DNA of 64,000 bases from Candidatus Heimdallarchaeota archaeon (lineage in GTDB: Archaea > Asgardarchaeota > Heimdallarchaeia > Hodarchaeales > Hodarchaeaceae). Shown piece by piece: positions 19,593 to 29,787 of the stretch. Under the pieces are notes generated by a model that was not told where the DNA came from, made no database searches, and was given only the letters and a program-made list of their open reading frames with translations. The position numbers and the translations under genes were made by a program. The number at the start of each line of letters is the position of its first letter. The stretch's first letter is position 1. The stretch lies in contig JBHLSH010000004.1 in the NCBI GenBank assembly GCA_048881705.1, forward strand, positions 5,410-69,409. Reading direction: 5' to 3'.

Positions 19593-20495
19593 TTAAAAGG
19601 ATAAACGTCCAAAGATGTTTCTAAGTGTATAGATCGCCATGTGGGGATTTTCAATCAAGCGCCGTTTCAAATATGCAACGGCCGCACCCCAATGAGTAGC
19701 GAAGGGAACATATAGTCTGACCACATATCCTTTTTCAATTAGATTTTCCTGAATTTCTCGCCGTGGAACTCCAAGAAGCATCTGAAACTCGAAGTTTGAT
19801 GAAGGAATACCTTTTTCTTCAATAATCCCTACAACTCGCTCTATGGTTTTTTCATCATGTGTTGCGATTGCGACATAATGTCCACCATCTTGAAGTTCCT
19901 GGAAATATTCTACTAGTTTTTCCTTCATAATTTTCTTTTTGGTGTACGCGATATCGCTTTTCTCCAAATAGATTCCAATACAGAGACGTATATGAGCGTT
20001 TAAGCCCTGAAGTTCTTTAATATCGTTTTTAGTTCTAAACAAGCGGCTTTGCAGGACTGTCCCGAAGTTTGCAAATTCAGGCTTTAATCTTCGATACATA
20101 CTTAGCGTAGCATCAGTGTAGGCTGACGATTCCATGTCCATAGTCACTTGAACATTCACCTTGGCAGCCTCAGAGAGCAACCGCCGAAAATTCTCCAAAC
20201 AATAATCCTGGGAAATTCTAACTCCAAATGCACTCGGTTTAACACTAATACTGGCAAATTTTTCTTTCTTGATTGTTTCAATAATATCTAAATATATCCG
20301 TACAACTTTTTCAACTTCCTTTTTTGCTGTAAGCTCTTCTCCCAAGAGATCAATGGTTGACATTATCCTTTTTGTTGACCAAAGCATTCGGGCGCATTCT
20401 AATCCTTTTTCTAAACTATCTCCAGATACATACGGGCGGGCGAACCATCGAACCAAGAACCCAGGCATTAATCGGTTGACAATGAACGTTTTCAT
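19593..20495 (-). CDS. Proline dehydrogenase (monofunctional)
   Basis: DLLGE, SVKPS, MDME, VLQSRL.R, IRLCIGIYLE, ATHD, FQMLLG, YVPF...YLKRRL.ENP. Confidence 0.93.
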   Translation of the reverse strand: MKTFIVNRLMPGFLVRWFARPYVSGDSLEKGLECARMLWSTKRIMSTIDLLGEELTAKKEVEKVVRIYLDIIETIKKEKFASISVKPSAFGVRISQDYCLENFRRLLSEAAKVNVQVTMDMESSAYTDATLSMYRRLKPEFANFGTVLQSRLFRTKNDIKELQGLNAHIRLCIGIYLEKSDIAYTKKKIMKEKLVEYFQELQDGGHYVAIATHDEKTIERVVGIIEEKGIPSSNFEFQMLLGVPRREIQENLIEKGYVVRLYVPFATHWGAAVAYLKRRLIENPHMAIYTLRNIFGRLSF

Positions 20496-20900
20496 CCTCG
20501 TTGAGACTTCCTAAACCGAGAAAAGGATTAAAGGAATAAGATACGGAAGATATTAAAAAAATAATTGCATACTTACCATAAACTGGAGGAACAGGCTGAG
20601 ATTATGATGAAAATAGGTCATGCTTATCCTTTTTATATTCGATAATGTTCATTATATTATGAAAAAAGGTTAAATAATTTGGTCTTGGCCGAGATCGATT
20701 GCCGATGCTTCAATTTTTCCTTATAAAATCCGTTTGGGCATTAAAACTTGCGTAAAATACTCTGGGGGAATTCGCGTCCCTTTTTTATAAGTAACTGTAG
20801 ATTTACCTCCTTTCGCTGTTGAAATTAACCAAACTCCTTTTAATACGAAATATTATATCCATCTCCAATCTAAGTCCTAACCTAGCCAATTCCAAACCAA

Positions 20901-23069
20901 ATGATAATCAGTTCAATGGATGGTTCCTCTTTGGAAAGTCCGCCTATCAGATTTCTCTTTGAACCTAGGTCCGTTGCCATTATAGGAGCTTCTGCCAATC
21001 CCAAAAAAATCGGTTATCAAGTCGTGGATAATATTAACTACTCGGGATACCGAGGAAGGGTGTATCCGATTAATCCTAAAGGTGGCAAAATACTGGGATA
21101 CAATGTTTACAGGCATATCGAGGAAGTAGAGGGAGAAGTTGACTTGGCTGTTATCTGCATTCCCGCAAGGTACGTTTACAGCGCGGTTCAATCATGTGCA
21201 GAAAAGAAAGTAAAATTCCTCTCAATAATAACCTCTGGATTTTCCGAGATAGGCAAACTGGATGAAGAAAGGGAAATTGTGGATTTCGCTAAGAGAAATG
21301 GAATGCGGGTTCAGGGGCCAAATATATTTGGTATTTATTCCGCTAAATCCTCAATAAACGCTACTTTTGGAACTAGGGATATAAATCCTGGAAACGTGGC
21401 AATAGTCACACAAAGTGGGGCTTTGGGTGTGGCATTAATTGGCAAAACCAAAACTGAAGGCATCGGTCTATCATCTATTGTATCTGTCGGAAACAAATCT
21501 GATATCGATGAAGCCGATCTCATTGAATATTTGATAGATGACGCTCTGACCCGCGTTATTGTGCTTTATATTGAGGGGATCAAACGAGGTGAGAAGCTTG
21601 TCCAAATCGTTCGAAAAGCCACAAGAAAGAAACCAATTATAGTAATTAAATCGGGACGATCTGCACGTGGTGCAATGGCGGCTGCATCCCATACAGGATC
21701 TCTAGCTGGAGCAGATAATGTTTTTACGGACATTATGAAGCAAATCGGGGCGCTTAGAGCTATTAGCGTTCAAGAAGCACTTAATTGGGCCAAAGTTTTA
21801 GCTATTCAAGAGGATTTACCTAAAGGGGAACAAACGGTCATTGTAACCAATGGAGGAGGAATAGGTGTTCTGGCTACCGATGCCTGCGAACTTTATGGGA
21901 TTACGCTCTATGATGATCAGGACATTTTACGTAGTACCTTCCGTCCTGTTACTCCTACCTTTGGATCGACGAAAAATCCAGTTGATATTACAGGCGGAGC
22001 CTCAAATCAAGATTATGAGGATGCTATTCAGGCCGCTTTGGATAATGAGGAAATTCATTCTGTAATTTGTCTGGGTTGCGAAACCGCAAGTTTTGATTGC
22101 AGCCAACTCTCTGCTGTCGTAGAAAAAAAATTCCTAGTCAACAGGCCAAAAAAACCACTTATCTTCTCTTTTTTCGGAGGGGGCGAATTTGAAAGAGGAT
22201 TGATAGGATTTAAAGCCAAAGGAGTTCCAATTTTTCCTGATGTTTATGAAGCTGTCTCTTGTTTAGGAGCCTTATACTCCAATTATCGTACTCGGATTTT
22301 CGCGGATGAATCACCCACTACAGAGATGCCAGAAGTTCAGGTAGACATTGATAAGATAAATGAGATAACTTTTGGTGTTAGGAAGGAAAATCGGACGTTC
22401 TTACTAGCCAACGAAGCATTAGAAGTCTGTAGGGCGGCAGGAATTCCTGCACCTCAAAGCTACATTGCTAAAAACTTAGGAGAAGCAATTGAATATGCAG
22501 AAGAGATAGGATTTCCCGTGGTGATGAAGATTGTTTCAAAAGATATAATTCACAAAAGTGACGCTGGAGGGGTTGCGCTAAACCTTGAGAATAGAGATGA
22601 GGTAATTGACGCTTACGAAGCGATAATAAACTCAGCAAAAAAGTACAACCCTGATGCAGTGATTACGGGTGTTGAAGTTGTGACAATGGTTAACATGGAG
22701 GAAGCAATTGAAATCATAATCGGAGCGCGTATCGACAATTCTTTTGGCCCAACTGTGATGTTCGGCCTTGGTGGAATCTATGTTGAAGTTCTGAAGGATG
22801 TAGCCTTTAGAGCAGCACCTTTGACGAGAGGAGATGCTGGTGATATGGTAAGACAAATAAGGGCGTATCCGTTGTTAATGGGAGTTCGAGGCGAAGAAAG
22901 AAGGGACATAGAAGGATGTATTGATATTATTATGAGATTAGCAAAGGTTATTCTATCCTGTCGGGATATAAGTGAGATTGAAATCAATCCAGTATTGGCT
23001 TTCGAACAGAAGAGAGGTGTGCTAGCCATTGACACTCGAATATTGCTACAACCCTCTGAAAAAAGGTGA
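20901..23069 (+). CDS. ADP-forming acyl-CoA synthetase, fused alpha+beta (acetate--CoA ligase family)
   Basis: IGAS CoA-binding motif, QGPNIFG, TQSGA, ASHTGSL catalytic His, NPVD, HKSD ATP-grasp, EINP. Confidence 0.93.
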   Translation: MIISSMDGSSLESPPIRFLFEPRSVAIIGASANPKKIGYQVVDNINYSGYRGRVYPINPKGGKILGYNVYRHIEEVEGEVDLAVICIPARYVYSAVQSCAEKKVKFLSIITSGFSEIGKLDEEREIVDFAKRNGMRVQGPNIFGIYSAKSSINATFGTRDINPGNVAIVTQSGALGVALIGKTKTEGIGLSSIVSVGNKSDIDEADLIEYLIDDALTRVIVLYIEGIKRGEKLVQIVRKATRKKPIIVIKSGRSARGAMAAASHTGSLAGADNVFTDIMKQIGALRAISVQEALNWAKVLAIQEDLPKGEQTVIVTNGGGIGVLATDACELYGITLYDDQDILRSTFRPVTPTFGSTKNPVDITGGASNQDYEDAIQAALDNEEIHSVICLGCETASFDCSQLSAVVEKKFLVNRPKKPLIFSFFGGGEFERGLIGFKAKGVPIFPDVYEAVSCLGALYSNYRTRIFADESPTTEMPEVQVDIDKINEITFGVRKENRTFLLANEALEVCRAAGIPAPQSYIAKNLGEAIEYAEEIGFPVVMKIVSKDIIHKSDAGGVALNLENRDEVIDAYEAIINSAKKYNPDAVITGVEVVTMVNMEEAIEIIIGARIDNSFGPTVMFGLGGIYVEVLKDVAFRAAPLTRGDAGDMVRQIRAYPLLMGVRGEERRDIEGCIDIIMRLAKVILSCRDISEIEINPVLAFEQKRGVLAIDTRILLQPSEKR

Positions 23070-23074
23070 TTTAA

Positions 23075-24121
23075 GTGAAGAAGATAACAGTTGCATCCAC
23101 TCGTGAAGAAGCAGGAAAAACAAGTCTGATTATTGGCCTTGCCAAAGCATTATCACAAAAACATGCCAGGATCGGATATATGAAACCCTTAGGGGATCGC
23201 TTACTGTACCAGGAAAAGAAAATATGGGATTACGACTCGGCATTGATAAGGGATATCTTTGGCCTAGACGATAATCCTGAAGATCTCTCAATGGGTTTTG
23301 GACATTCGAAATTGCGCTATATGTATGATGCTGAGAGGACTAAAGACAAATTAGCTAATATGTGTTCAAAAGTTTCCGCAAACAAAGACCTGGTATTTCT
23401 AGAGGGAAGTAAGAACCTTTCTTTTGGGAGATCTGTATACCTCGATCCGCTCTCTGTCGTCAGGAGTACCAATTCGCAGCTATTGTTAGTTTTGAGTGGA
23501 GATGAGGATGGTATACTTGATGATATAACATTTCTTCAGAAGTGTGTAAACACGGAAGATGTTCCCCTCATGGGAGTCATCATTAATCAGATTAAGGATA
23601 TTGAAGGCTTTAGCGAGAATTATTTGCATTCTATTACGGATCTAGGAGTAAAAGTTTTGGGTGTTATTCCCTATCGCGAGGAATTAACTCATTTCACAGT
23701 TGATTACCTAAACCGAACACTAGAAGCCAAGATCATCGCTGGTGAGGGTGGAATGCAGAATGTTGCCAAACATGTATTTGTTGGCGCGATGTCCGCAGTC
23801 CAAGTTGTAAAGAAAGCTCTATGGGGATTGGAAAATAAGTTAATTATAACCCCTGGTGATAGGCCTGATATGATCATTGCAGCCCTGGATAGTAGTACCG
23901 CTGGAATTGTCTTAACAAATGGAATTTTACCCGAAGATCCTGTCATAGAATCTAAAGCGAATGCAAATAATATTCCATTGTTATTAGTTCCAGATGATAC
24001 CTTTGCAGCGGCAAAGAAGATAAACCAGATGGAAGTCCTGTTCACCCCCGACGAAGTCCAGAAGATCTCACTCCTTGAAAATCTTATCATGGAACACGTT
24101 GACTTAACTTCTTTTTCCTAA
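23075..24121 (+). CDS. Phosphotransacetylase-family protein (BioD-like + DRTGG domains)
   Basis: AGKTSL P-loop, GYMKP, LEG, GAM, ITPGDRPD. Confidence 0.85.
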   Translation: MKKITVASTREEAGKTSLIIGLAKALSQKHARIGYMKPLGDRLLYQEKKIWDYDSALIRDIFGLDDNPEDLSMGFGHSKLRYMYDAERTKDKLANMCSKVSANKDLVFLEGSKNLSFGRSVYLDPLSVVRSTNSQLLLVLSGDEDGILDDITFLQKCVNTEDVPLMGVIINQIKDIEGFSENYLHSITDLGVKVLGVIPYREELTHFTVDYLNRTLEAKIIAGEGGMQNVAKHVFVGAMSAVQVVKKALWGLENKLIITPGDRPDMIIAALDSSTAGIVLTNGILPEDPVIESKANANNIPLLLVPDDTFAAAKKINQMEVLFTPDEVQKISLLENLIMEHVDLTSFS

Positions 24122-24175
24122 CGCATCAGGAAATATACAAAACTTGCTAGCTGGGAGCTATGACGTCATCTTGTC

Positions 24176-27100
24176 TTAAGGCTCCGACCCTTGCTTTTGA
24201 GGTATTTGTGCAAACTGGTACAGTGTTAAGACAATAAAAAAACCGATTTCAAATCCTATAAGGATTAAAAACGAGACCAGAGGTAAAGGGAGGGAAACTA
24301 GTGTACTATCGAAAGGCCCCAGATCTGGAGAAAACGTCGGGATGGTCCTAAAAAGAAAAATAAGCCCGAACTGTAATATCAGGTGAACAAAAAGGAGGAT
24401 TACAAAGCCTAGTTGGCCTTCCCCGCCCCTATTTTTCACCCAGTCAAGGGCAGAAGTCAAAGATGTCCCGGGATTCAGTCCCTTATAGATCAACATTGCC
24501 CACATTCGTTGATACACAAAGCTGATGACTCCAGCAAGGCATATAACATAAAGAATAATTCCCCAAGCCATTAAAACTTGAAAGTTTTGTAAAAAGTCTG
24601 GAGGAAAGCCTGCTAAGAATGTAACCAACATGGTTCCATATAGAAACAAGAAAAGAAGCGATGGTATCATAACCACAAGTTGTGCAAAAATACCCCAAAC
24701 TACACTTGTCAAGGCAAATCGCAGGTAGTTCGTCTTTTTCCCATCATTACGAAGATATGAACTGATTGGTATAATGGTTGTCAATCCTACCGATAATAAT
24801 ACGGGGTTAATGCCGCCTATTTGGACATAATCGTAGGAAACACCCAATATCTGTTCAACAGGAACCAATAGGAAAAGAGGTATAAAGAGATCAAAGGGAT
24901 TTAAACCTCTAAGCAGTAGGTGTGGATCAAAAAGGTAATTGAGAGTCGAAAACAAGAGCAAAACCAGGAAAATCTGCCATATTTTTGTCTTATTTCTGCT
25001 TAAAAATTGCCTGATATATGTAAATGAGTGGAGAAATAGTGGATACGGTTGAACTCCTCCTTGCCCGAAATATTTTCCTGAAAATAGCCCATCCTCTGAA
25101 TATAACGGCATTTGTGCTTCTTGTATGAAATCTTTTCTCATGGGTCTACCAGAAATGGTAGCAACTACGTTCTTCTGACTGGACCGAAAAGACGGAACGT
25201 AAGTACTTGCAAGGGTTATAAGAAATGAAGCCAAAATCCAAAATAGGATCCGTTCAGGCGGAAAGTAAAGATCTATGGGAATATGAATTGAAACATACCA
25301 AACTAAAAGAATCGTTCCTATTAATCCATCCAACAGACCAATAACTAGTGCCGTAATACCCAAGGCCGTTGATTCTGACATAAAAATCCAAAGGACACCC
25401 CTTTTGGAAAGTCCAAAGCTCCTCATGATACCCATTTCTCGTTCCATGTGGAGAGTAGAGACGAGAATACAAACAAATTGAGCTACGCCAGCCAAGATGA
25501 AGGATTCAATAAATAAAACCTCAAAAATCCCCGTCTGAAACGTTAGAGATTGTTCAACAATTTCGGTTAGGAAATTAAGTTCATTTATCTCTTTGGCTTC
25601 AGGAAGCACTGCTCTAGCTGCAATCAATGCAGACTCCACTGTACTTCCTCCTTGCTTCTTACAAAGAAACCACTTTGCAAAAGTCGTGTTGAAATAATTT
25701 TGAAATTGGCTGGAGTTAATATAGAGGTATTCTCCACTCCCAAGGAACATGTTGGCCTTTATCACCGCAGAAAGGGTGAGATTGACAGTCATATTGCCAG
25801 GAATTTCTATGGAAACGTTTTCTCCTAAAGAAATCCCGAGTCGCTGGTATAAATTATTAGAGATTAAAGCATTGGTTGTATTTGCTGTTGTTGAATTTAG
25901 TAGTTGATATGATGGTTCATCTACATACGATTGGATCACAGGTTCCGCGAATTGCTGGTATTGGGAAGGATCGACTCCGAAAACGTACCCTGGGTATGAA
26001 TTGATTTGGGTTCGAATTTGCTGGACAAACGCAGATTTCTCTATCGCGGATCGACCGTCCAATAAATCAGTTCTATTTATCGGAAGAAGATCGTTATCCC
26101 GCGCCTCGGCGACCACGTCAACCGACCCCCATTGGTTACGAAAATAATCTGGAACTTCTGCAATTATAGATGCTGACATAGAGCCGACCACAATAATGAA
26201 TGTCAACGCCAAGGCTGAAGTCATTATTGTGAAAAGGGACTTTTGAAATTCTCTTGCGATGTTTCGAGTAGAAATTCTTCGTGTTACAAAATCGAACCAA
26301 ACAAGCGCTTTCATGGCTATTCTAGGTAGAAACACCAAGACACTTATTTCAATAAGAACTGTTCCAATAAAAATCATAAGAATCGTTAAAAAATGTAGAG
26401 AAATTATAGAAAAATCCAGAAACCTGGAAGGTCCTATAAAATATTGTAGGAAAACAGCAGTGACTGTTAAAAGCATTCCCGCACCGATTGTGTATTTCCA
26501 CGTCGAGTTGGACAACTTCAAGGTCGAATTAGGTGTGCGCATACGGGTATGAATATTCTGAACTATCGGCATTGTTTTAGCAATGAAGATTGGATACAAA
26601 CCTGCAGTCAATGCCACGCTGATTCCTGACATGAAAGTGGCAAAAATCGAAGAAAAGTGAAGTGAAACTGCTTGAAATTCGACACTTACGTAGTATTGGT
26701 CTATTATTCCAACCAAGATGTTTGCAAAACCTAGTCCAGCTAAGATACCTAAAGAACTGCCAATCAAACCATAGATCAATATTTCAATACCAATTACAGA
26801 AATAAGCTGCCCCGAGGACGAACCTACAGTCCGAAGGATTCCTATTTCTTTTTGCCTATCCTGAACAGAAATCGCCAAGACATTCGTTATGAATAAGAAT
26901 TCAACAACGAATGAAGCTATGATGACTAGATTCATGGCGGTCTGATAGGCACGGATTCCGTCTGCTTTGATGTCTGATAGGTCTTTTTCGACATACACAT
27001 TGAATTCAATGCCAATTTTATCTTTAACACTTTCAGCTACTTGCTTAATATTCAGAAAATCAGTAACAGAAGCGTCTACAGCGATGGTTAGCAAGGTTTG

Positions 27101-27766
27101 CCTTTGATCGACTGGAATAGCCGCGAGAACAGTGTCAATGTCTGCAATAATAAAAAGCGAGCCAAGTTTATTCCCAATACTGGACTCATCAGAAACTATA
27201 CCCCCTATTACTACATTTACGATATTGAGACCGGTAATAGCGGAGGATAAGTCAATAGTTTCGCCAATCTCCAAATTTAACGTGGTTTGAATTTGTTCTG
27301 AAATAATAACATCATTCTCGGAGGGAATCCGTGATCCTTCTATCAGATCGAAATAAGGAATGTCAGGATGTGTCCCAGGATCTACTCCATAAACCAAAAC
27401 GTTTGCTGAGAAATCCTCCCCCAGAAATCGAGAGGCGGCAAAGAAAATTACTGGACTAGCTGTCGCGACTCCGGCCGTTTGCCGAACATCGTTGGCTAAC
27501 GCCTTTAGTTCTGATAATTCCATCCAAGATGAAGGGTTTACAGTAATATCTGTGTAGTTTTGGTTTCGATTATTAAACGTAAAGTCATCATAAAGCGTAT
27601 CCACGCTAATCGCTATACCTGTTTCAAGAGCAACGGTTAAAAGCACACCAAAAATCAGGAGAAAACTTCGGTATTTCGAACGGGTTATATTTTTTCGAGC
27701 TAAACCCAGAGCCAATTTGAACTCGTGAATAAAGCGAAACGAAGCTTTCAAACCCGCCTTACCCAT
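24176..27766 (-). CDS. FtsX/MacB-like ABC permease with C-terminal extra membrane domain
   Basis: Two DR.KEIGILRTVG / EREMGIMRSFG FtsX motifs; about 300 aa of additional TM helices. Confidence 0.82.
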   Translation of the reverse strand: MGKAGLKASFRFIHEFKLALGLARKNITRSKYRSFLLIFGVLLTVALETGIAISVDTLYDDFTFNNRNQNYTDITVNPSSWMELSELKALANDVRQTAGVATASPVIFFAASRFLGEDFSANVLVYGVDPGTHPDIPYFDLIEGSRIPSENDVIISEQIQTTLNLEIGETIDLSSAITGLNIVNVVIGGIVSDESSIGNKLGSLFIIADIDTVLAAIPVDQRQTLLTIAVDASVTDFLNIKQVAESVKDKIGIEFNVYVEKDLSDIKADGIRAYQTAMNLVIIASFVVEFLFITNVLAISVQDRQKEIGILRTVGSSSGQLISVIGIEILIYGLIGSSLGILAGLGFANILVGIIDQYYVSVEFQAVSLHFSSIFATFMSGISVALTAGLYPIFIAKTMPIVQNIHTRMRTPNSTLKLSNSTWKYTIGAGMLLTVTAVFLQYFIGPSRFLDFSIISLHFLTILMIFIGTVLIEISVLVFLPRIAMKALVWFDFVTRRISTRNIAREFQKSLFTIMTSALALTFIIVVGSMSASIIAEVPDYFRNQWGSVDVVAEARDNDLLPINRTDLLDGRSAIEKSAFVQQIRTQINSYPGYVFGVDPSQYQQFAEPVIQSYVDEPSYQLLNSTTANTTNALISNNLYQRLGISLGENVSIEIPGNMTVNLTLSAVIKANMFLGSGEYLYINSSQFQNYFNTTFAKWFLCKKQGGSTVESALIAARAVLPEAKEINELNFLTEIVEQSLTFQTGIFEVLFIESFILAGVAQFVCILVSTLHMEREMGIMRSFGLSKRGVLWIFMSESTALGITALVIGLLDGLIGTILLVWYVSIHIPIDLYFPPERILFWILASFLITLASTYVPSFRSSQKNVVATISGRPMRKDFIQEAQMPLYSEDGLFSGKYFGQGGVQPYPLFLHSFTYIRQFLSRNKTKIWQIFLVLLLFSTLNYLFDPHLLLRGLNPFDLFIPLFLLVPVEQILGVSYDYVQIGGINPVLLSVGLTTIIPISSYLRNDGKKTNYLRFALTSVVWGIFAQLVVMIPSLLFLFLYGTMLVTFLAGFPPDFLQNFQVLMAWGIILYVICLAGVISFVYQRMWAMLIYKGLNPGTSLTSALDWVKNRGGEGQLGFVILLFVHLILQFGLIFLFRTIPTFSPDLGPFDSTLVSLPLPLVSFLILIGFEIGFFIVLTLYQFAQIPQKQGSEP

Positions 27767-28053
27767 TATTTGACCCCTCTTCTTATGTAATTCGCCGTGT
27801 TACCAATTATCTGATGATGGGAGGTATTTTCTGTCATTGAAATCTTTCTCGCTAATAAACCTTATCTAGATTGCGAAAGCGACAATCAGATGAGAGAAAC
27901 ACCCTGGAAAATCTTCGTACCCATGCACGTGAAAGAGACAAACACGCCAATTTTAAAGGCCATACTACGGGATTCATACATCCTTGCCCAAATTGAGCTC
28001 CTTGCTGCGAAACAGCTTTTCATTGAAGGGTCTGCTCTATAGGAAGGACATAA

Positions 28054-29511
28054 TCAACGGCTAATTGACTCGGCAATATGAAGAACTTGTTTTACTAGAA
28101 AAGTGAAATCATCTTTTCGGGATCTGTGGTTTGTCACAGCGGCCCTTATCGCATACTTTCCTCTTAAAGTAGTACCAGAAGGTATTGCTAGCCCTTTTTC
28201 GTGCAATTGTAGAACAATTTCATGATTTATTTCATTGAGTTGATCATTGGTTCTTACTCCGTCGTTATACCTAAAATTCACGATATTCATTGACGTAGGC
28301 GCAAGCAATTCAAGATAGTTTTCCTCTTCAATCAAACTGGCCAAAAATTTGGCTTGGTTGATGTTTTGCTCAATTAATCTACCGTATTTTGCAACACCAT
28401 GTTCTTTTATCGCCATCCAAACTTTCAAGGCCCTGAAACTGCGAGTCAACTCTATACTATAATCCGAATACCAAACTTCTCCTCCAGCTGTTCCCCGCCC
28501 ACCTGGCTCGTGTACTATATAATCAGCAGATAAATTTAAGGCCCTATAGTGGTCTTTTCTTCTCTTTACGAGTACGCAACCAGCATCAAAAGGTAAATAC
28601 ATCCATTTATGGTAATCGAAGGCAATACTGTCCGCTCTCTCTAATCCATCAACCAGATGTTTAGCCTTGGGCGAAAGCTTACACAAGGCACCAAATGCAC
28701 CATCAACATGAAACCAGATATCAAACTCTTCGGCCAAATCAGCAAGACCATTAAGATCATCGATTGCACCTGTATTCACGGTCCCCGCAGTGCCAATCAA
28801 ACACGTTGGTTTTAATCCTGCATCAATATCTGCTTCAATAACTTCCCTTAGTTTTACAGTATCGATCTGATATGTGGGTAGAACCGGAATTTTTCTGTAA
28901 GAATTAAGACCTATCCCTAATACTTGAATTGCTTTGTCCAATGAGCTATGAGTCTCTGTGGATCCGTAATAGATTAAATCTTTGGTACTGCCCTTGACTC
29001 CTTCACGTATTATATCATATCCGGCCTTTATGTTCCTAGCAACGATTAGTCCGATCAAGTTCGCCATACTCCCGCCTGAAACCAGCACTCCCGAGGCATC
29101 TTTATCGTAATCTAGCATTTCCTTCGCCCATTCTATCACTTGAGTTTCTACATAACTCGGAGCCTGTTCAAATCCACCAACATTTGGATTGATAGAAGAA
29201 GCTAGCATATCCGCAAGTACTCCAAAAGGAGTGCCAGTACCCATGACCCAACCCCAGAAACGAGGATGCACATTACCATTGCCATAATGAAGGACATTTC
29301 TTTTGAAGTCCTCGTAAATTTGATCACGGGACATACTTTTTTGGGGAATGGAACTTCGAAATGATGATTTTACCTCTGATGGCATCGGTTGCCATACTGG
29401 TTGATCTCTGATGTCTTTAAGAAAATCCATCATGTCATCAACCATTTTGTGTCCTAATGTTTTTAGTTCATCCCAGTTTTCAGGATCTAGAGTCTCCTCA
29501 TCAACATTCAT
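28054..29511 (-). CDS. Group II PLP-dependent (aromatic) amino-acid decarboxylase
   Basis: HPRFWGW, SGGSMAN, GTVNTGAID, HVDGAFG, DYHKW (PLP Lys), SRSFRALK; ATG 29511 chosen (ORF track 29646). Confidence 0.92.
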   Translation of the reverse strand: MNVDEETLDPENWDELKTLGHKMVDDMMDFLKDIRDQPVWQPMPSEVKSSFRSSIPQKSMSRDQIYEDFKRNVLHYGNGNVHPRFWGWVMGTGTPFGVLADMLASSINPNVGGFEQAPSYVETQVIEWAKEMLDYDKDASGVLVSGGSMANLIGLIVARNIKAGYDIIREGVKGSTKDLIYYGSTETHSSLDKAIQVLGIGLNSYRKIPVLPTYQIDTVKLREVIEADIDAGLKPTCLIGTAGTVNTGAIDDLNGLADLAEEFDIWFHVDGAFGALCKLSPKAKHLVDGLERADSIAFDYHKWMYLPFDAGCVLVKRRKDHYRALNLSADYIVHEPGGRGTAGGEVWYSDYSIELTRSFRALKVWMAIKEHGVAKYGRLIEQNINQAKFLASLIEEENYLELLAPTSMNIVNFRYNDGVRTNDQLNEINHEIVLQLHEKGLAIPSGTTLRGKYAIRAAVTNHRSRKDDFTFLVKQVLHIAESISR

Positions 29512-29787
29512 ATCGAACACTTCAAAGACCTCGGAGTTCGGCCCCTTATGAAGAATCTTCCCGCTGATTTCTCTGAAAAACGTAGAATTAAGGTTATCAA
29601 AACCCGAGATCATTCTTCGCTTTGGATATTCACCAGAAGTTTTCATTGTGTTTAATGGTAAAAAAACACTGAAATCGTTCCTTGGGATACATATCCCCCA
29701 TTCAATTCATTGAAAGCGCTCCGGAGATTCCATAAACCAACGTGCCACAGATAATGGCTGTACATCAGTTCTTAAGAAGGTTAAATC

